Part shown: positions 62,854-64,000 of the stretch, in pieces
Position numbering within the stretch: position 1 is the first letter of the stretch
Layout: each line of letters opens with the position of its first letter
Sequence record: NZ_CP139428.1
DNA: 64,000 bases
Direction: 5' to 3' (one strand)
Source: a plasmid
Translations under genes and position numbers: made by a program
The notes under the pieces: model-generated
Database searches by the model: none
Seen by the model: only the letters and a program-made list of their open reading frames with translations
Told to the model about the DNA's origin: nothing

Positions 62854-62886
62854 CGTACGATTTTTTCCGAATTCTGCGGGCTCCCC

Positions 62887-63194
62887 GCAAAGGCCGGATT
62901 GGCCGGCATCAGCATCGGCCGGGGCAGCAGCTGCAGGCGCTTGCAGGTGAACTCGCCGTCGACGGTGGCGATGACGATGTCGCCGTGCTGCGCCCGGTAG
63001 AAACACTCCACGACCAGCAGGTCGCCGTCGAGGATACCTGCGTCCTGCATCGATTGCCCCTCGGCGCGCACCAGGTAGGTGCTTTCCGGGTGGCGGATGC
63101 AGATGTCGTCCAACGACAGGCGCTGCTCGAGGTAGTCCTGCGCCGGCGACGGAAACCCGCAGGGCACGCCGGCGTCATAGAAGCGTACCGGCAT
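62887..63194 (-). pseudogene. umuD: umuD 5' part (N-terminal about 102 codons, including the LexA-like cleavage region)
   Basis: [26 protein letters not shown] ... GDIVIATVDGEFTCKRLQ matches UmuD and MucA. Interrupted by the transposon inverted repeat. Confidence 0.8.
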
Positions 63195-64000
63195 CACACG
63201 GCCTCCGGCGCGCTCTGCCAGGCATCGTCATCCGGGGGCGTGTCCGCGTCGGCTGAAGCCGCGGCCGGCAGCGCCGCCTGCAGGTAGTGCGTGCGCAGCT
63301 GCGCGGTCAATGTGGCCACCACGTCGGGACGGTCACGCAGCCAGCCGGCGGCCTTCTCGCGCCCCTGGCCGATTTTCTCCCCCTGATACTCGTACCAGGC
63401 GCCGGTCTTGAGGATATATTTGGCGTCGACGGCCAGATCCAGCACTTCGCCCTCGAGAAAGATGCCGGCGCCGAACAGCAGCCGGAACTGCGCCTGGCGG
63501 AACGGCGGCGAGACCTTGTTCTTGACCACTTTCACCTTGGTATCCCGCCCGATGATGGTCTCCCCTTCCTTGACGTTGCCGGCGCCGCGCACGTCGAGAC
63601 GCACCGAAGCGTAGAACTTGAGGGCGTTGCCGCCGGCGGTGGTTTCGGGGTTGCCGAACATCACGCCGATCTTCATGCGCAGCTGGTTGATGAAGATCAC
63701 CACCGTGCGGGTGGTGTTGATGCTGCCCTTCAGCTTTCGCATCGCCTGGCTCATCATGCGGGCCTGCAGCCCCATCTGGGCGTCGCCGATCTCCCCTTCC
63801 AGCTCGTTTTTCGGCACCAGGGCGGCGACGGAATCAACCACCACCACGCCGACGGCGCCGGAACGCACCAGGGCGTCACAGATTTCCAGCGCCTGCTCGC
63901 CGGTGTCGGGCTGGGAGATGAGGAGTTCACCGATATCGACGCCCAGCTGCTGCGCGTAACGCGGATCGAGCGCGTGCTCGGCATCGATAAAGGCGCACTG
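63194..64000 (-). CDS. recA: RecA recombinase homolog. The 5' end lies beyond the window, and the stop TGA overlaps the umuD ATG (ATGA).
   Basis: [60 protein letters not shown] ... [15 protein letters not shown] is collinear with E. coli RecA core and C-terminal regions. Confidence 0.85.
   Translation of the reverse strand, partial: QCAFIDAEHALDPRYAQQLGVDIGELLISQPDTGEQALEICDALVRSGAVGVVVVDSVAALVPKNELEGEIGDAQMGLQARMMSQAMRKLKGSINTTRTVVIFINQLRMKIGVMFGNPETTAGGNALKFYASVRLDVRGAGNVKEGETIIGRDTKVKVVKNKVSPPFRQAQFRLLFGAGIFLEGEVLDLAVDAKYILKTGAWYEYQGEKIGQGREKAAGWLRDRPDVVATLTAQLRTHYLQAALPAAASADADTPPDDDAWQSAPEAV

Noticed and set aside
62850-63197. umuD ORF as given in the ORF track, running into the transposon inverted repeat
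   Set aside because: The last 12 codons ([11 protein letters not shown]) are read from the Tn inverted repeat. The native gene continues at 52443 after the transposon. It is reported as two pseudogene fragments instead.

Overview
This 64 kb window is a segment of an F-like (MPF-F / MOB-F) conjugative plasmid from an enterobacterial host. The backbone is about 60-65% GC, with several AT-rich islets.

Left to right the window contains:
- The C-terminal tail of a tyrosine recombinase.
- A ParA/ribbon-helix-helix (RHH) partition pair flanked by iteron-like repeats.
- A roughly 10 kb leading region, all on the + strand. It carries a ParB-nuclease-domain protein, a short HsdM-like SAM-binding protein with no catalytic motif, and a DUF932 protein. 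It also carries three copies of a hairpin-rich repeat, each fused to a conserved leader and the same MNTQNVN N-terminus of an otherwise unrelated small ORF. These are candidate single-strand promoters driving early-gene cassettes.
- An F orf169-like lytic transglycosylase.
- An F-type oriT with the F nic consensus and GACTC-N6-GAGTC TraM operators, followed by traM.
- An AT-rich module at the position where traJ/traY normally sit. It holds divergent XRE regulators (one LexA/cI-like with an S24 domain), a YhhQ-family preQ0/preQ1 transporter and queC.
- An almost complete tra operon: traA, L, E, K, B, P, trbD, traV, traC, trbI, traW, traU, trbC, traN, traF, traQ, trbB, traH, traG, traS, traD, traI, traX. 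It lacks traJ, traY, traR, traT and finO. It has extras: a DsbA-like protein, a Nuc phospholipase-D nuclease, and an RHH gene directly upstream of traD.
- An IncFII-family repA.
- A low-GC two-gene islet.
- A recA-umuD-umuC module in which recA and umuD are translationally coupled. Here umuD is split by a 10.4 kb Tn1721/Tn1722-like transposon (TSD GCAAA). The transposon's mcp gene is in turn split by an ISEcp1-blaCTX-M-14-IS903-delta-iroN transposition unit (TSD TAACA).

I found no CRISPR array, rRNA or tRNA.
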